Assembly: GCA_965221205.1 (NCBI GenBank)
Contig: OZ244870.1
Coordinates: 1,763,241-1,827,240 of the forward strand
DNA from: a bacterium
GTDB taxonomy: Bacteria; SM23-31
DNA: 64,000 nt
Direction: 5' to 3'
Shown: positions 47,033 to 57,795 of the stretch, one piece after another
How the letters are laid out: the number at the start of each line of letters is the position of its first letter
Numbering within the stretch: the first letter of the stretch is position 1
Made by a program: the position numbers and the translations under genes
The notes under the pieces: generated by a model
The model's input: the letters and a program-made list of their open reading frames with translations, nothing else
What the model was told of the DNA's origin: nothing
Databases searched by the model: none

Positions 47033-48460
47033 ATGGGAATTCGCATCCAACCACGCGAAATCGACGTACCCGCGGACGATCCTTTCAAGCACGACCTGCT
47101 CGCGCGGAAGAAACCGGTGGAGAGTCTCACCAACATCGTGCGTTCTCTCGAAGGTCCGTGTGTCTTGGCGGTCGATGCCGAGTGGGGAAAGGGCAAGACC
47201 ACGTTCCTCAATATCTGGGCACAGTACCTGCGCAACGAAAAGTTTCCCGTCGTTAAATTCAATGCGTGGGAGACCGACTTCTCCGGGGACCCCCTCGTCG
47301 CTCTCTCCACCGAACTGACGGAGGGTCTTCACGAATACGAGGACGACAAGGACGCACTGCTGGCAACGGAGATCACCAAAATGAAGGAAATGGCGAGCAA
47401 GATTCTTCGACGAGCCGTTCCTGGTATGATTCGACACGCAACCGCGGGCATCCTGGATTTCAACCAACTCTTTGAAAAGGAAGCGGGGCAAGCCCTCGCG
47501 TCCTATCAGGAAACGAAGAAGTCGGTCGAGGAATTCAGGAAGGCCCTGCAAGACATGGCGGATACGTTGTCACAATCCAGCGGGAATCGACCTCTGATCG
47601 TGGTGATCGATGAGTTGGACAGATGCCGCCCTTCTTATGCTGTCGAGCTTCTTGAGGTCGCCAAGCACGTGTTCGCCGTGGACCGCATTGTATTCGTGCT
47701 GGCTGTCAATCGCTCTGAACTCGCGCATTCGATCAAAGCCTTGTATGGGAGCGGTTTTGACGCCGTGGGATATCTGCGTCGGTTCTTTGACCTGGACTTC
47801 CGACTCCCTGATCCTGACCGGATAGCGTTTATAGGTGAAATGCTCAATGCTGTACAGATTAAGAAGTACTGCAACTTCGATCAACAGGGAGGCGATCTTT
47901 TTCGAAACTTGCTCAAGGGCTTCTTTTGTGCATATGACCTCAGTCTCCGACAGATTCAGCAGGCAATCCATCGTCTGGGATTTGTGTTCGCGATGTTGGA
48001 CAATAGATTGCAGTGGTTACCCGCGGTAATTGCCGCTGTAGCGTTGATCCTCCGGACGATCGACCAGGAACTTTATCATCGGTTCGTCGGCGGCGAGGTC
48101 TCGGATCTCGATGTCGTTGACGCGGTTTTCAATAGCACCGGGGCAAAAACTCTGCAGTGTGAGAACGAGGGTCACTGGTTTGAAGCCGTAATCATTGCGG
48201 CGGCTTGGGAACTGACGCCCCCGGAATCCTATGCGAGTGCGGGGGAATCGATCACCACACTGCTACTACAGCGGTATCGGGATCTAGTTGCTGTCGAGGA
48301 GTCAGACAACGCGTCACGCGACTCGGAGCGAAAGCGCGCAGAGAAGATCATCAAAATAGTTGAACTTTTTGAGGAAAAATATTATTTTTATTATAGACGG
48401 AACGTTAGATTCAAATGGTTAGTTCAGCAAATTGAACTGCTGTCCCAATTGGTCTCTTGA
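47033..48460 (+). CDS. KAP family P-loop NTPase
   Basis: VDAEWGKGKTT (Walker A), FNAWETD, VVIDELDRCRP, YLRRFFD; GGAGGT RBS; higher GC than its flanks. Confidence 0.93.
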   Translation: MGIRIQPREIDVPADDPFKHDLLARKKPVESLTNIVRSLEGPCVLAVDAEWGKGKTTFLNIWAQYLRNEKFPVVKFNAWETDFSGDPLVALSTELTEGLHEYEDDKDALLATEITKMKEMASKILRRAVPGMIRHATAGILDFNQLFEKEAGQALASYQETKKSVEEFRKALQDMADTLSQSSGNRPLIVVIDELDRCRPSYAVELLEVAKHVFAVDRIVFVLAVNRSELAHSIKALYGSGFDAVGYLRRFFDLDFRLPDPDRIAFIGEMLNAVQIKKYCNFDQQGGDLFRNLLKGFFCAYDLSLRQIQQAIHRLGFVFAMLDNRLQWLPAVIAAVALILRTIDQELYHRFVGGEVSDLDVVDAVFNSTGAKTLQCENEGHWFEAVIIAAAWELTPPESYASAGESITTLLLQRYRDLVAVEESDNASRDSERKRAEKIIKIVELFEEKYYFYYRRNVRFKWLVQQIELLSQLVS

Positions 48461-48861
48461 TTCTTGAGGCCGTCCAGCGCCAAAGGGGGGCACGTTCTCA
48501 CAGGTGTCATGAATCTCGCGCGGCGCGGCGGGCTGGCTGAACTCTCCAGAGCGCCCTTCTGTAAACGAGACAGCTTGGTTCCCATCGGGGAAGCCTTCTC
48601 CGGTCTGGACGGCCCGGTGAAAGCGTTCCGAGAAACCTCGGCCACCGCACCGTCCAAAACTTCCGCAGCGAGATTCTCAGGAGTTACAGCAGGAGTTACA
48701 GAAGGTCAAGGCCCCTTTCCCGACTCACAAATCGCCCCTGTATGAGAGGGTTCGGTTTGTTTGACACTTGTCAGAATAAACAGAATGCAGGAATAAAAAG
48801 TATAAAAAGTATAAAAACGCGCGCGGCATTATTTGAAAAACCGAAAAGATTGGGAAAGACG

Positions 48862-49366
48862 ATGACACCCAACGGGAAAAACCGGACCATGTGGACCGGG
48901 GACAGCCTCGATATCATGTGGGGTATGAATTCCGACACGGTTGACTTGATCTATCTGGATCCGCCGTTTAGCGCCAACAAGACGTATTCCGCCCCCTATC
49001 GGGAGCGAAGCCGCTGGAGTTGCCTTTAAAGATACGTGGACGCTTGATGACCTTGACCTCGCATGGCACGGTGAGATCGCTGACAAGCACCCGGCTTTGT
49101 CCTCGATCATCGATTCGGCAGGCATGGCGCATGGTAAGGGTATGAAATCGTATCTGATCATGATGGCCGTGCGGTTGTTGGAGATGAAACATCTTTTGAA
49201 TGATACAGGAAGTATTTATTTGCACTGTGATCCAACGGCGTCTCATTATTTGAAAATGCTGATGGATTCGGTGTTTGGGCATAGGAGCTTCAGGAATGAA
49301 ATAATCTGGCATTATCAAACGGGTGGTGCAAGCAAACGCTGGTTTTCAAAAAAGCATGACTCTTGA
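48862..49366 (+). pseudogene. Adenine-type DNA methyltransferase, N-terminal fragment
   Basis: VDLIYLDPPF, GSIYLHCDPTASHYLK, FRNEIIWHY; frameshift and truncation. Confidence 0.88.
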
Positions 49367-49667
49367 GGCAGGTGGATATTCGCTCGGCACCAGCGCAGTT
49401 TCAGGATATAATAATGGTCAATTCGGTGTGGAAAGAGGATGAAGTCATGTTGTATTAACGGCCTATTCTGCTATTTCTGCAGGTGCACTTGAGATAGCGC
49501 CAAGTGTGACCTTTGCAGGTATATTTGAAGATACAGTCAATCCGGAGGATAATGAATTTTTTTCTCTCTGAATGTCGGCTGGTCATTCTGAAAGGTGAAT
49601 TTTCACCACCCGTTAAAAGATGTCAACAAATTCACGTACGTGCCGGGTCCCTAATCAAATAACGGAA

Positions 49668-49995
49668 ATGTATAATCTAACCTCAAAGGTGGTCTTTCAT
49701 TCGGAGCGTAATGGGAATTATGATATTTTTATCATGGATACTGATGGATCAAACCAGATAAAAGTAGTTGGCAGCCCCTATCAGAATGAAAATCATTCAT
49801 GGTCGTTTGATGGTTCATATGTATCCTATCATTCGTATCGCCACGATACTGCAGTTATCGTGGCGGTTGATATTTCCGGCTAAAACGAACGGGAAGTTTC
49901 CTCCAGCACAACTGCAAGCTCTTCACTTTCGTGCTCGAATGACGGAGAACGCATTGTGTTCGATTCGAACCGGGACGGTAATTTCGAATTTAATA
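49668..49995 (+). pseudogene. TolB-like PD40 repeat fragment
   Basis: VVFHSERNGNYDIFIMDTDGSNQ, SWSFDG, IVFDSNRDGNFE. Confidence 0.7.
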
Positions 49996-50184
49996 TTTCT
50001 GATTCTTAATTTTTCAGCATCAAACATATCACGATGTGATAATACTGATTTAGTTTTTAGGGTGCATAGTGTGGTTTGGTATGTTCCTGATAGGTATTGT
50101 GTGCAACACAATCAGGAATTTTTATGCTGTTATTAATGTTCTGTTACTGGATGGTATGTGTAATCAAATTGAGGAAATGCATAT

Positions 50185-51030
50185 ATGGACCTGATTCATG
50201 CAGAATTGACTTCACAAGAGATGCTGACGCCCTATCTTGGTATTTTCAAATTCAAACCCGAAAAACATTTTGATTTTTTACCCGGGCAATATGTGACACT
50301 CGGAGTACGAAGACAAGGCCTCACCGGACCGGGAGTGCGGGAAAAGGAAGGGATTGGTATGGTGCTCCGGCCATATTCTATTGCTTCCTCTCCGGATGAA
50401 GAAGTAATTGAACTGATCGTAACCTGGGTACAGCGGGACGGCAGGCGGCTCGATGAGTGGGGAGTGTTGACGACAGAACTGTTTGAACCGCAGTCCGAGC
50501 AGGAGTATGTATTTCTTTCGAGACCGAAAGGGAGATTTCTGCTGCCTGAAGACATACGGGATGTCATCATGGTGGCAACCAGTACCGGAATAGCGCCATT
50601 TATCAGCATATTACGGGCTGCGCACTCCAAATCAACTGACAGGCGCTATTTTATTATTCACGGTGTGTCGAAACACTCCGACCTTGCATATAGAAAAGAA
50701 CTGACAAGCTATAAGGATCGTAATGTCCATTACGTACGGACAATTTCGAGAGAGCCATGTCAGGAATGTGAAAGCCACTATGTCGAGGAGTATTTCGTGA
50801 ATAGAGACGGCACATCAGGCAGGTTGTCTATGGAAGAAGTGGAACATGCCGTGAAAAATGGAAAAACTGAAGATACAAAAATTGAAACATTATTAGGGAA
50901 ATCACTCACACCTGAAAACGCCACGATCATGTTGTGTGGCAATCCTGCCATGATTGAGCACATCAAACATATAGCTGTAGAAAAACAGTTCCGCGTGCAT
51001 CAAGATCTCATTGTCGAATCGTACTGGTAA
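50185..51030 (+). CDS. Ferredoxin-NADP+ reductase (Fpr-type)
   Basis: FLPGQY, RPYSIAS, ATSTGIAPF, LCGNPAMI, C-terminal ESYW. Confidence 0.88.
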   Translation: MDLIHAELTSQEMLTPYLGIFKFKPEKHFDFLPGQYVTLGVRRQGLTGPGVREKEGIGMVLRPYSIASSPDEEVIELIVTWVQRDGRRLDEWGVLTTELFEPQSEQEYVFLSRPKGRFLLPEDIRDVIMVATSTGIAPFISILRAAHSKSTDRRYFIIHGVSKHSDLAYRKELTSYKDRNVHYVRTISREPCQECESHYVEEYFVNRDGTSGRLSMEEVEHAVKNGKTEDTKIETLLGKSLTPENATIMLCGNPAMIEHIKHIAVEKQFRVHQDLIVESYW

Positions 51031-51145
51031 CAATATGCACACTGTGTTGAACCGGAAGCAAGACCGATAACATAATTAGTATTGTGTTCACGATTGTCTG
51101 ATTAGTACATTACTGAATAATGTATGTATCCGACACTGCTCTTAC

Positions 51146-52397
51146 ATGAATCAAATGAATAATTTTAATGATTTTGAGACTACAGTTATACCTCGATTAT
51201 ACAGGAGGAGGTCTCTATGCCAACCGGCAAATCGAAGAACACAGTGCGATGCTTCGGAACAACATTTTCGGGAATCCCCATTCGCTCAATCCTGCCTCCG
51301 TGGCAATGACACAGAATGTGGAACAGGTGCGAGAGTATATTCTCAGATTCTTCAATGTCTCGCCGGATGAATACAGTGCAATTTTTACTAAGAATACACG
51401 TGGTGCGTTGAAACATGTCGGCGAATCATATCCTTTCGAGAAAAACGGAAAATTTCTTCTCACATTCGACAATCATAATTCAGTCAACGATATTCGCGAA
51501 TATGCCCGTGCGCACGATGCTCCTGTCGATTACGTACCTCTGACGCTGCCTGAAATGCGTGTTGAAGAATCGACATTTGATGATTTTCTTAAAACGGCGA
51601 TTCCGAATGGGAATAATCTCTTCGCCTATCCCGCACAGTCTAATTTTTCCGGTGTTCAGCATCAACTTGATTGGATAGAAAAAGCGCAAGCACAGGACTG
51701 AGATGTTGTGCTCGATGCAGCCGCATTTGCGGCGACAAACCGGTTGGGTCTGAACCGGTGGAAAGCCGATTTTGTGCCCGTCTCGTTTTACAAAATTTGC
51801 GGTTACCAGACCGGAATCGGCTGTCTTATAGCACGGCCGAAGGTGAAGCAGCGTTTGAAAGACGGCACCTTAAATTATCTCTCGATACCAGCCGTAGAAC
51901 AAGGTCTGAAGCTTATCGATGAGATCGGTATCGACACAATTCACACAAGAGTCACCTGTCTGACTGGATGGCTGCTACAGACACCACAGGAGTCGCATCA
52001 CTCCAATGGTAAACCGCTGGTATGACTCTATGGACCAACGTCCACAAACATGCGGGGTGGTACGGTTACTATGAATTTCTATGATCCTGAAGGAAAGTGT
52101 ATAGACCACCTCATCATAGAGAAGCAGTCAAGTGAAGCAACGATCTCTCTGCGAACGGGGTGTTTTTGCAATCCCGGTGGCAGAGAAGTAGCACTAGGAA
52201 TATCCAAACCAGAATTGATTGCCTGTTTCAGCCAACCGCAGGACTTAACCTTTGACGATTTTCGGCTCTGCATTGACGGTAAAAGTACTGGTGTCGTCCG
52301 TGCCTCATTCGGAATTGTCAGTAATTTTGCCGACGCCTACCGCTTTATTCAATTCGCCAAACTTTTTATCGATAAACCCGCTGAAAACTTTTCATAA
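51146..52397 (+). pseudogene. Class V PLP enzyme (Moco-sulfurase-like), fragmented
   Basis: YLDYTGG, GNPHS, DNHNSV, PAQSNFSG, *DVVLDAAAF (TGA 51699-51701), SFYK, LRTGCFCNPG. Confidence 0.87.
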
Positions 52398-53161
52398 TTG
52401 CATCCGGTCAATACGTGCTGTATTCTTCGATTCACGGTAAAAACCGGCCTCTATAATTTACCCCATTAATCTTCGTAAACGTTAGTAAAGCATGCACAAT
52501 ATTAGTCAGTTTCTCATCTTTGTTGAATACGGGAAAAATACATTTTATTTTTAGTGTAATATTTTTTGAATTTCATGATCTTTTCAGAGTATTAACTTTA
52601 AAAAGAATCTTTGTCGTTGAAAAAGCAGAGCATTCTTGCATGAGTTATCGTGAAATAAATAATAATAAAGAGACGCATTTGTGAAAGTTTTGATATCGAG
52701 TAGATCTGTGTTTTATCTGAGATGGGAATAACGGGGAGGTATTTATGAATATTGTTGCAAAATGGGGTATAAAAGTATCCGCTGTAATATCTGAGATACT
52801 GATTATTTCTATATTGCATAACTGCCCACAGCAGAGCTGACTTCTATCAGTGAACAGGATAATATATATTCTACCAGTCTTAATTGATATATGAGTACAA
52901 GTTATATAACATAACTACAATATGAAATTGAATTAGGAGCGTAAACTACAACATCACTTGTATCAATTTTATTCTTATTGTGTTATATTGCAGTGTCTTT
53001 GTCTCGCTATAAAACACAGAAAAATTAATTACTCCTTGACAGTATCATAGTATGATTCTTATATTAGCTAACTTAGGGTAATTACCCAAACTATATCCTG
53101 CCATCAAATAATATGACAAAAAAGCCATAGAATTGTTGAATATAACACGGGAGAATTTAGC

Positions 53162-54092
53162 ATGACATTTAACAAAGTTTTTTGCACAATCTTATCATGT
53201 GTCTTAGTCTTGGGAGCATGCAGCTCAGGGGAAATGGAATCTGACAGTGCCGATTCTGATGAAGGAGAAATGGAAATGGAATCTGACAGTGCCGATTCTG
53301 ATGAAGGAGAAATGGAAATGGAATCTGACAGTGCCGATCCTGATGAAGGAGAAATGGAAATGGAATCTGACAGTGCCGATCCTGATAAATCCGGTCTTTT
53401 TTGAGGCGCAATCCTGAAGTCTCCGATTGGCAGTGTGCCCGATGATTTGTACATGGAAACCGACATCATTTCAACAGATGAATACAAACCCTTTACCAAA
53501 AAGCTGACTGTGAAATGATAGCATGGGCTCTGCAATGCAGGGGGATCTGATCGGAAATATGTACGAACGCAATGCTGTGATTCCTATCTTCCTCGGAGAA
53601 AACTTCGATATGTCTCCGGAAGATGAGGCGGCATTTGATGTCACAAAAAACCGGAATAGTGTGTGCGATATAATCATGAAGGATGTACCCGGGCAGGTGA
53701 TGGAAGTTGTTGAGCATATTCTTCACTATGTGAACGATACGGGCTTGCATTTCTCCTATCCGGAACGGTGGGGTGTCACAAAGGATTCACAGTTCTACCA
53801 GATGATGCTGGAGGCAGGTGAGAAGGGATTTTACGATTACGGATCGTATGACGATATTGAAGATGAGGAAACCAGAGTTCGCGTTGCGCTACAGGAGTTC
53901 GGATATTGGATTATCTCTACTGCATGGAACTTTCAGGAGCCGTATGGTCCCCGAGAAACGTCCGAATGGACAATTAGGAATGCTGCCGATATGCAGGAAA
54001 AATTCCCGGCAATGTATCAGTTCTGTGAAGAGACCGTTGCAACAATCATGGTAACACCCAGTATCGAGACACTCGAAGAGTTTGTCAACTAA
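53162..54092 (+). pseudogene. Lipoprotein with acidic tandem repeat and metallopeptidase-like EHILH domain, interrupted
   Basis: LGAC lipobox; repeat; TGA 53402-53404; downstream VMEVVEHILHYV...QEFGYW. Confidence 0.65.
53231..53386 (+). repeat. 3.7 x 42-bp coding tandem repeat (EMESDSAD[S/P]DEGEM)
   Basis: Units at 53231, 53273, 53315 and 53357. Confidence 0.97.
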
Positions 54093-54153
54093 CTATACAC
54101 CACACTTTTGCTCCAAGCACATTACACTTGGGCATGTTGTGGCAGTTTTATAT

Positions 54154-54186
54154 GAGGACTTACGTTTGACTAAGTAAGTCCTCTTT
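54154..54186 (+). terminator. Terminator hairpin
   Basis: gaggacttac...gtaagtcctc followed by ttt. Confidence 0.7.
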
Positions 54187-54392
54187 GTGTATGTCGGGGG
54201 TCATGTCTATGCCAGTTTCACATATGAGGGATTCTGCATGAACTCTTAACAATCATTAAATCTATGAAAGCATTATGAAATGTCATGCAAACTTATTATT
54301 TTACTATATATAATAATTGTGCAGATTATACAGACAAATAGGTAATGCCGTTGTGATCTGATTCCGGCTCAATTCTCAATTGAAGAGAAATT

Positions 54393-55181
54393 ATGAATGT
54401 AATAATAAGATATTGCGTATTACTACTATTAGTGTGTAATGTCGTAATGACGGCTGCTGGTCCTGCCGAATCTTTTCAACAGTTTCCTGAGTACCGCGGG
54501 CTGATCAATGATTTTGTCGGTGTTCTGTCGCCCGGTGTGGTGCAGAGTATGGAGCAAATCGCAATTGAGCTGGAGCAGAAAACAGGTGCAGCGGTTGTGG
54601 TTGTCACGATGGAAACCATTGACGGTGAAGATGAAACCGATTATGCCAACAGGCTATTTGAAGCATGGGGCATCGGCCAAAAGGGCGTTGACAAGGGCGT
54701 TCTGATTCTCGATGTGGTAGATATCCGGCGGATCAGGATTGAAGTCGGCTATGGACTTGAGGGTATCATCCCCGACGGTCTTGCGGGCGAAATCCGCGAC
54801 CGGTACATGGTTCCGTATCTCAGTAAAAACGATTTCGATAACGGTCTCGGACAGGGTTTTGCCGCTGTTGTAAGTATCATAGCGGAAGATGCAGGTGTCA
54901 CACTCACGGGCATGCCGGCACGGTCGGGACTGTCCCGCAGCGATCAATCAGGAAGAAGCCGGATACGAAGCATAGTTCCCCTGTTATTGTTTATATTATT
55001 TATGATCTTCGGACGACGACGGCGCCGTGGTGGAATGCTTCCATTACTGCTCATGGGCAGCATGATGGGCGGCGGGCGCAGTTGGGGCGGAGGTGGTTTT
55101 GGCGGTGGTTTCGGAGGTGGATTCGGAGGTGGTTTTGGTGGCGGGCTCAGTGGTGGTGGTGGAGCAGGTGGGAGCTATTGA
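54393..55181 (+). CDS. TPM-domain (YgcG-like) protein
   Basis: WGIGQKGVDKGVL, RIEVGYGLEGIIPD, TM segment, Gly-rich tail GGGAGGSY. Confidence 0.92.
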   Translation: MNVIIRYCVLLLLVCNVVMTAAGPAESFQQFPEYRGLINDFVGVLSPGVVQSMEQIAIELEQKTGAAVVVVTMETIDGEDETDYANRLFEAWGIGQKGVDKGVLILDVVDIRRIRIEVGYGLEGIIPDGLAGEIRDRYMVPYLSKNDFDNGLGQGFAAVVSIIAEDAGVTLTGMPARSGLSRSDQSGRSRIRSIVPLLLFILFMIFGRRRRRGGMLPLLLMGSMMGGGRSWGGGGFGGGFGGGFGGGFGGGLSGGGGAGGSY

Positions 55182-55242
55182 CGTTTCCATTTGCTGTTAG
55201 AGGATGATTTTTTTATACGATACTTTTTGAGAGGGTACATTC

Positions 55243-55968
55243 ATGGCGAAGATACCGGGAAAACCGGACGAAATTTTTGAGGAATTCAAAAACAATTTTA
55301 ACGGTCTTTTTAGCGACGATCTTGTTTCTGCGATCCTCTACGGGTCTGCAGCACGCGGTAAATATGTTCCGAAAAAGTCGGACATCAATTTTCTGATCGT
55401 TCTAACCGATGAGGGCATTGAGCGGTTCCATTCCGCGCAGCCACTCGTCAAAAAATGGAAGAAACGGAACATTTCGATCCCGCTGTTCCTGACAGAAGAC
55501 TACATCAAAAGTTCGCTTGACTCGTTTCCGATAGAGTTTCTGAATATTTCGAGTTATTATAAGGTGATTTTCGGTAGAGATATTTTCCAAGACATCGAAA
55601 TCGGCAGGAACGATCTCCGGCTCCAGCTTGAACGGGAGATGAAAGGGAAACTGCTGAACCTCAGACAGGCGTATTTTCAGGGGGCTGGCAATCCGAAAGC
55701 AGCGTCGGTGCTGATCCACGATTCTCTCGGTGCATTCCTTTCGCTGTTTCCCGCGATTCTTACCGTAAAGAATGAACAATTGTCAGCCGATCCATTGGAA
55801 AATATAAAGAAAGTCGCACAGTTGTTCGAACTTGATGTCAGTCTGCTCGAACGGCTCTTCCACATACGGACAGGACAGGAAAAACCGAAAAAAGCAGAAT
55901 CGGATGAACTGCTGCGGCAGTATATAACACAGATCCGGTCGCTTGCACTTCAGACCGATGCGCTGTAG
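55243..55968 (+). CDS. Nucleotidyltransferase-domain protein
   Basis: LYGSAARG...SDINFLIV, DSFPIEF. Confidence 0.85.
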   Translation: MAKIPGKPDEIFEEFKNNFNGLFSDDLVSAILYGSAARGKYVPKKSDINFLIVLTDEGIERFHSAQPLVKKWKKRNISIPLFLTEDYIKSSLDSFPIEFLNISSYYKVIFGRDIFQDIEIGRNDLRLQLEREMKGKLLNLRQAYFQGAGNPKAASVLIHDSLGAFLSLFPAILTVKNEQLSADPLENIKKVAQLFELDVSLLERLFHIRTGQEKPKKAESDELLRQYITQIRSLALQTDAL

Positions 55969-56014
55969 GTGCATTAATAATGTTTTGAGTTGTCAATCAT
56001 TAAGGAGTTATACA

Positions 56015-56587
56015 ATGTCAGCAAAGAAAGTAATTATTGGAATACTGGTCTTTATCGTGGTTGTCGGTATTTGGTCTGCTTCTTCCCTGAAAAATACCTA
56101 TAACATCCTTGTCGTGCTCGATGAGGGTACGCAGACAGCCTGGTCACAGGTCGAAACGGTGCTCCAGCGACGGTTCGATCTCATTCCCAATCTGGTCGAA
56201 ACGGTCAAAGGATTTGCACAGCAGGAGCAGGACGTACTTATCGGCGTAACAGAAGCACGTTCAAGAGTGGGACAGGCACAGACTCCCCCTGAGCAGATGG
56301 AAGCGAACAACCAGCTTACCTCGGCACTCGGCAGGCTGATGGTTGTTGTCGAGCGATATCCCGACTTGAAATCGAATCAAAATTTTATCAGGCTGCAGGA
56401 TGAACTTGCCGGTACCGAGAACAGAATTGCTGTCGAGCGCCGCCGTTACAACGAATCAATCGGTGGATACAATTCACGGTTGCGCAGTTTTCCGACTGTC
56501 CTCATTGCTGAGATGTTCGGTTTTGAAACCAAGACTCGGTTCGAAGCCGCCGCCGGTGCAGAAGACGTCCCACAGGTCGCGTTTTAA
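56015..56587 (+). CDS. lemA: LemA family protein
   Basis: LQRRFDLIPNLVETVKG, ERYPDLKSNQNF, LAGTENRIAVERRRYN; AAGGAG RBS. Confidence 0.95.
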   Translation: MSAKKVIIGILVFIVVVGIWSASSLKNTYNILVVLDEGTQTAWSQVETVLQRRFDLIPNLVETVKGFAQQEQDVLIGVTEARSRVGQAQTPPEQMEANNQLTSALGRLMVVVERYPDLKSNQNFIRLQDELAGTENRIAVERRRYNESIGGYNSRLRSFPTVLIAEMFGFETKTRFEAAAGAEDVPQVAF

Positions 56588-57007
56588 TATTATATCTTTC
56601 ATCTTTGCGAAAAGTGTGTTGTAAATACAGCGAAATATAAGATAGATATGCAGCTACATAAAAATCGTTCAGGAAATCTGATTTGATTATTGATAGGAAT
56701 GCTTACAGAAAACTTTTGCCGCACTTGGACAACCTTCCTAAAGCAGCGTTGGCAGAGATGTTGGAACAGGGGTGGGTCAGCTCTCCGGAACTCGAATCAT
56801 TTGGCTATGACAGAATGTCAAAAGTAACTTCCGATCTGAAGAAAAGCAAATTTAGTAGAATTGAAATTTGCTATTTATCATCCTTTGTAGTCATAGCCCG
56901 CTTCGCCGTCGTCGCAGAAAATGCCTAATAAATTGAGTTTTAGGGGATAGCATACAGTAGGTGAAAAACTTTCTTTATGAATGTATGAGGTAGATATTTT
57001 GGGGAGG

Positions 57008-57790
57008 CTAAAATGATTCAAGTTTTTCTTTAGCAATTTTCTTAAATTTTAGATGCAGTTTATCCTTGAATTCTTTGCCCACTTCATCAAAAGTATTTAA
57101 TAATTCCGGGAAGGTATTTTTACCACCTAAAAAGTCCCAATATTGATCACCAACTAAAAAATCGTTCGGAGAGTCCATCATTCCAACTTCAGTAAATCTT
57201 GAATATGGTTTGGGATAATAAGGATTATAGGGAAATGCAAGATAAACATTTATTTCTTCGCGTTTGCGGGCAACCCATTCAAGTAATTTTGTTTTACTTT
57301 TTTCAAAAACATCAATGTTAGGTTTTACGGTTTTTATTTCAAAATAGTATTCTTTATTATTTCTCTTCATATAAAAGTCGGCAATGTTCCCTGACTTTTG
57401 ATATTCCCCATCTTTTGCTGAAATTTTTAAAATCTCATTTATTTCATCGGATATATTTGCTTTTCTTGAGCCATTACGTAATTCGGAGACAATTTTATTT
57501 ACTGCAGATTTTTGTTTTTTTGATATAACTCCACCGACACCATAATTTCTAAAACACTCTTCAGAGTTTTCGGAAGCTAATATTACTGAAACATCCTCGT
57601 ATATTGACATTCCCAATGTTGTTGCAAGAGAATGAATAAAAGAATAAGCAGCGATTTTTTCATTGTCTTGAATTAAGCGAGCTAGAAATGGCATTGAAGT
57701 AGTTTCTCTACCATATGAATGAAGTTTAGTCTCAATTTTTTTGGAAATAAGTTCTTTGATTTTAAATTCTTGATTCTTTGATACACCCAT
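57008..57790 (-). CDS. Type II restriction endonuclease, TdeIII/MjaII family
   Basis: MPFLARL, SFIHSLATTLG, ADFY...FEIKTVKPN, AFPYNPY, YWDFLGG. Confidence 0.87.
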   Translation of the reverse strand: MGVSKNQEFKIKELISKKIETKLHSYGRETTSMPFLARLIQDNEKIAAYSFIHSLATTLGMSIYEDVSVILASENSEECFRNYGVGGVISKKQKSAVNKIVSELRNGSRKANISDEINEILKISAKDGEYQKSGNIADFYMKRNNKEYYFEIKTVKPNIDVFEKSKTKLLEWVARKREEINVYLAFPYNPYYPKPYSRFTEVGMMDSPNDFLVGDQYWDFLGGKNTFPELLNTFDEVGKEFKDKLHLKFKKIAKEKLESF

Positions 57791-57795
57791 TTTTC

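Noticed and set aside
46823-53386. Tandem repeats at 46823 and 53231 as CRISPR arrays
   Set aside because: No unique spacers and no cas genes; the second repeat is in-frame coding sequence.
16594-53404. In-frame TGA codons (16594, 33244, 51699, 53402) as selenocysteine, given selC in the window
   Set aside because: The positions do not correspond to catalytic Cys (likely Arg, Gly/Glu, Trp), most of these genes have other lesions, and no convincing SECIS hairpin was seen.
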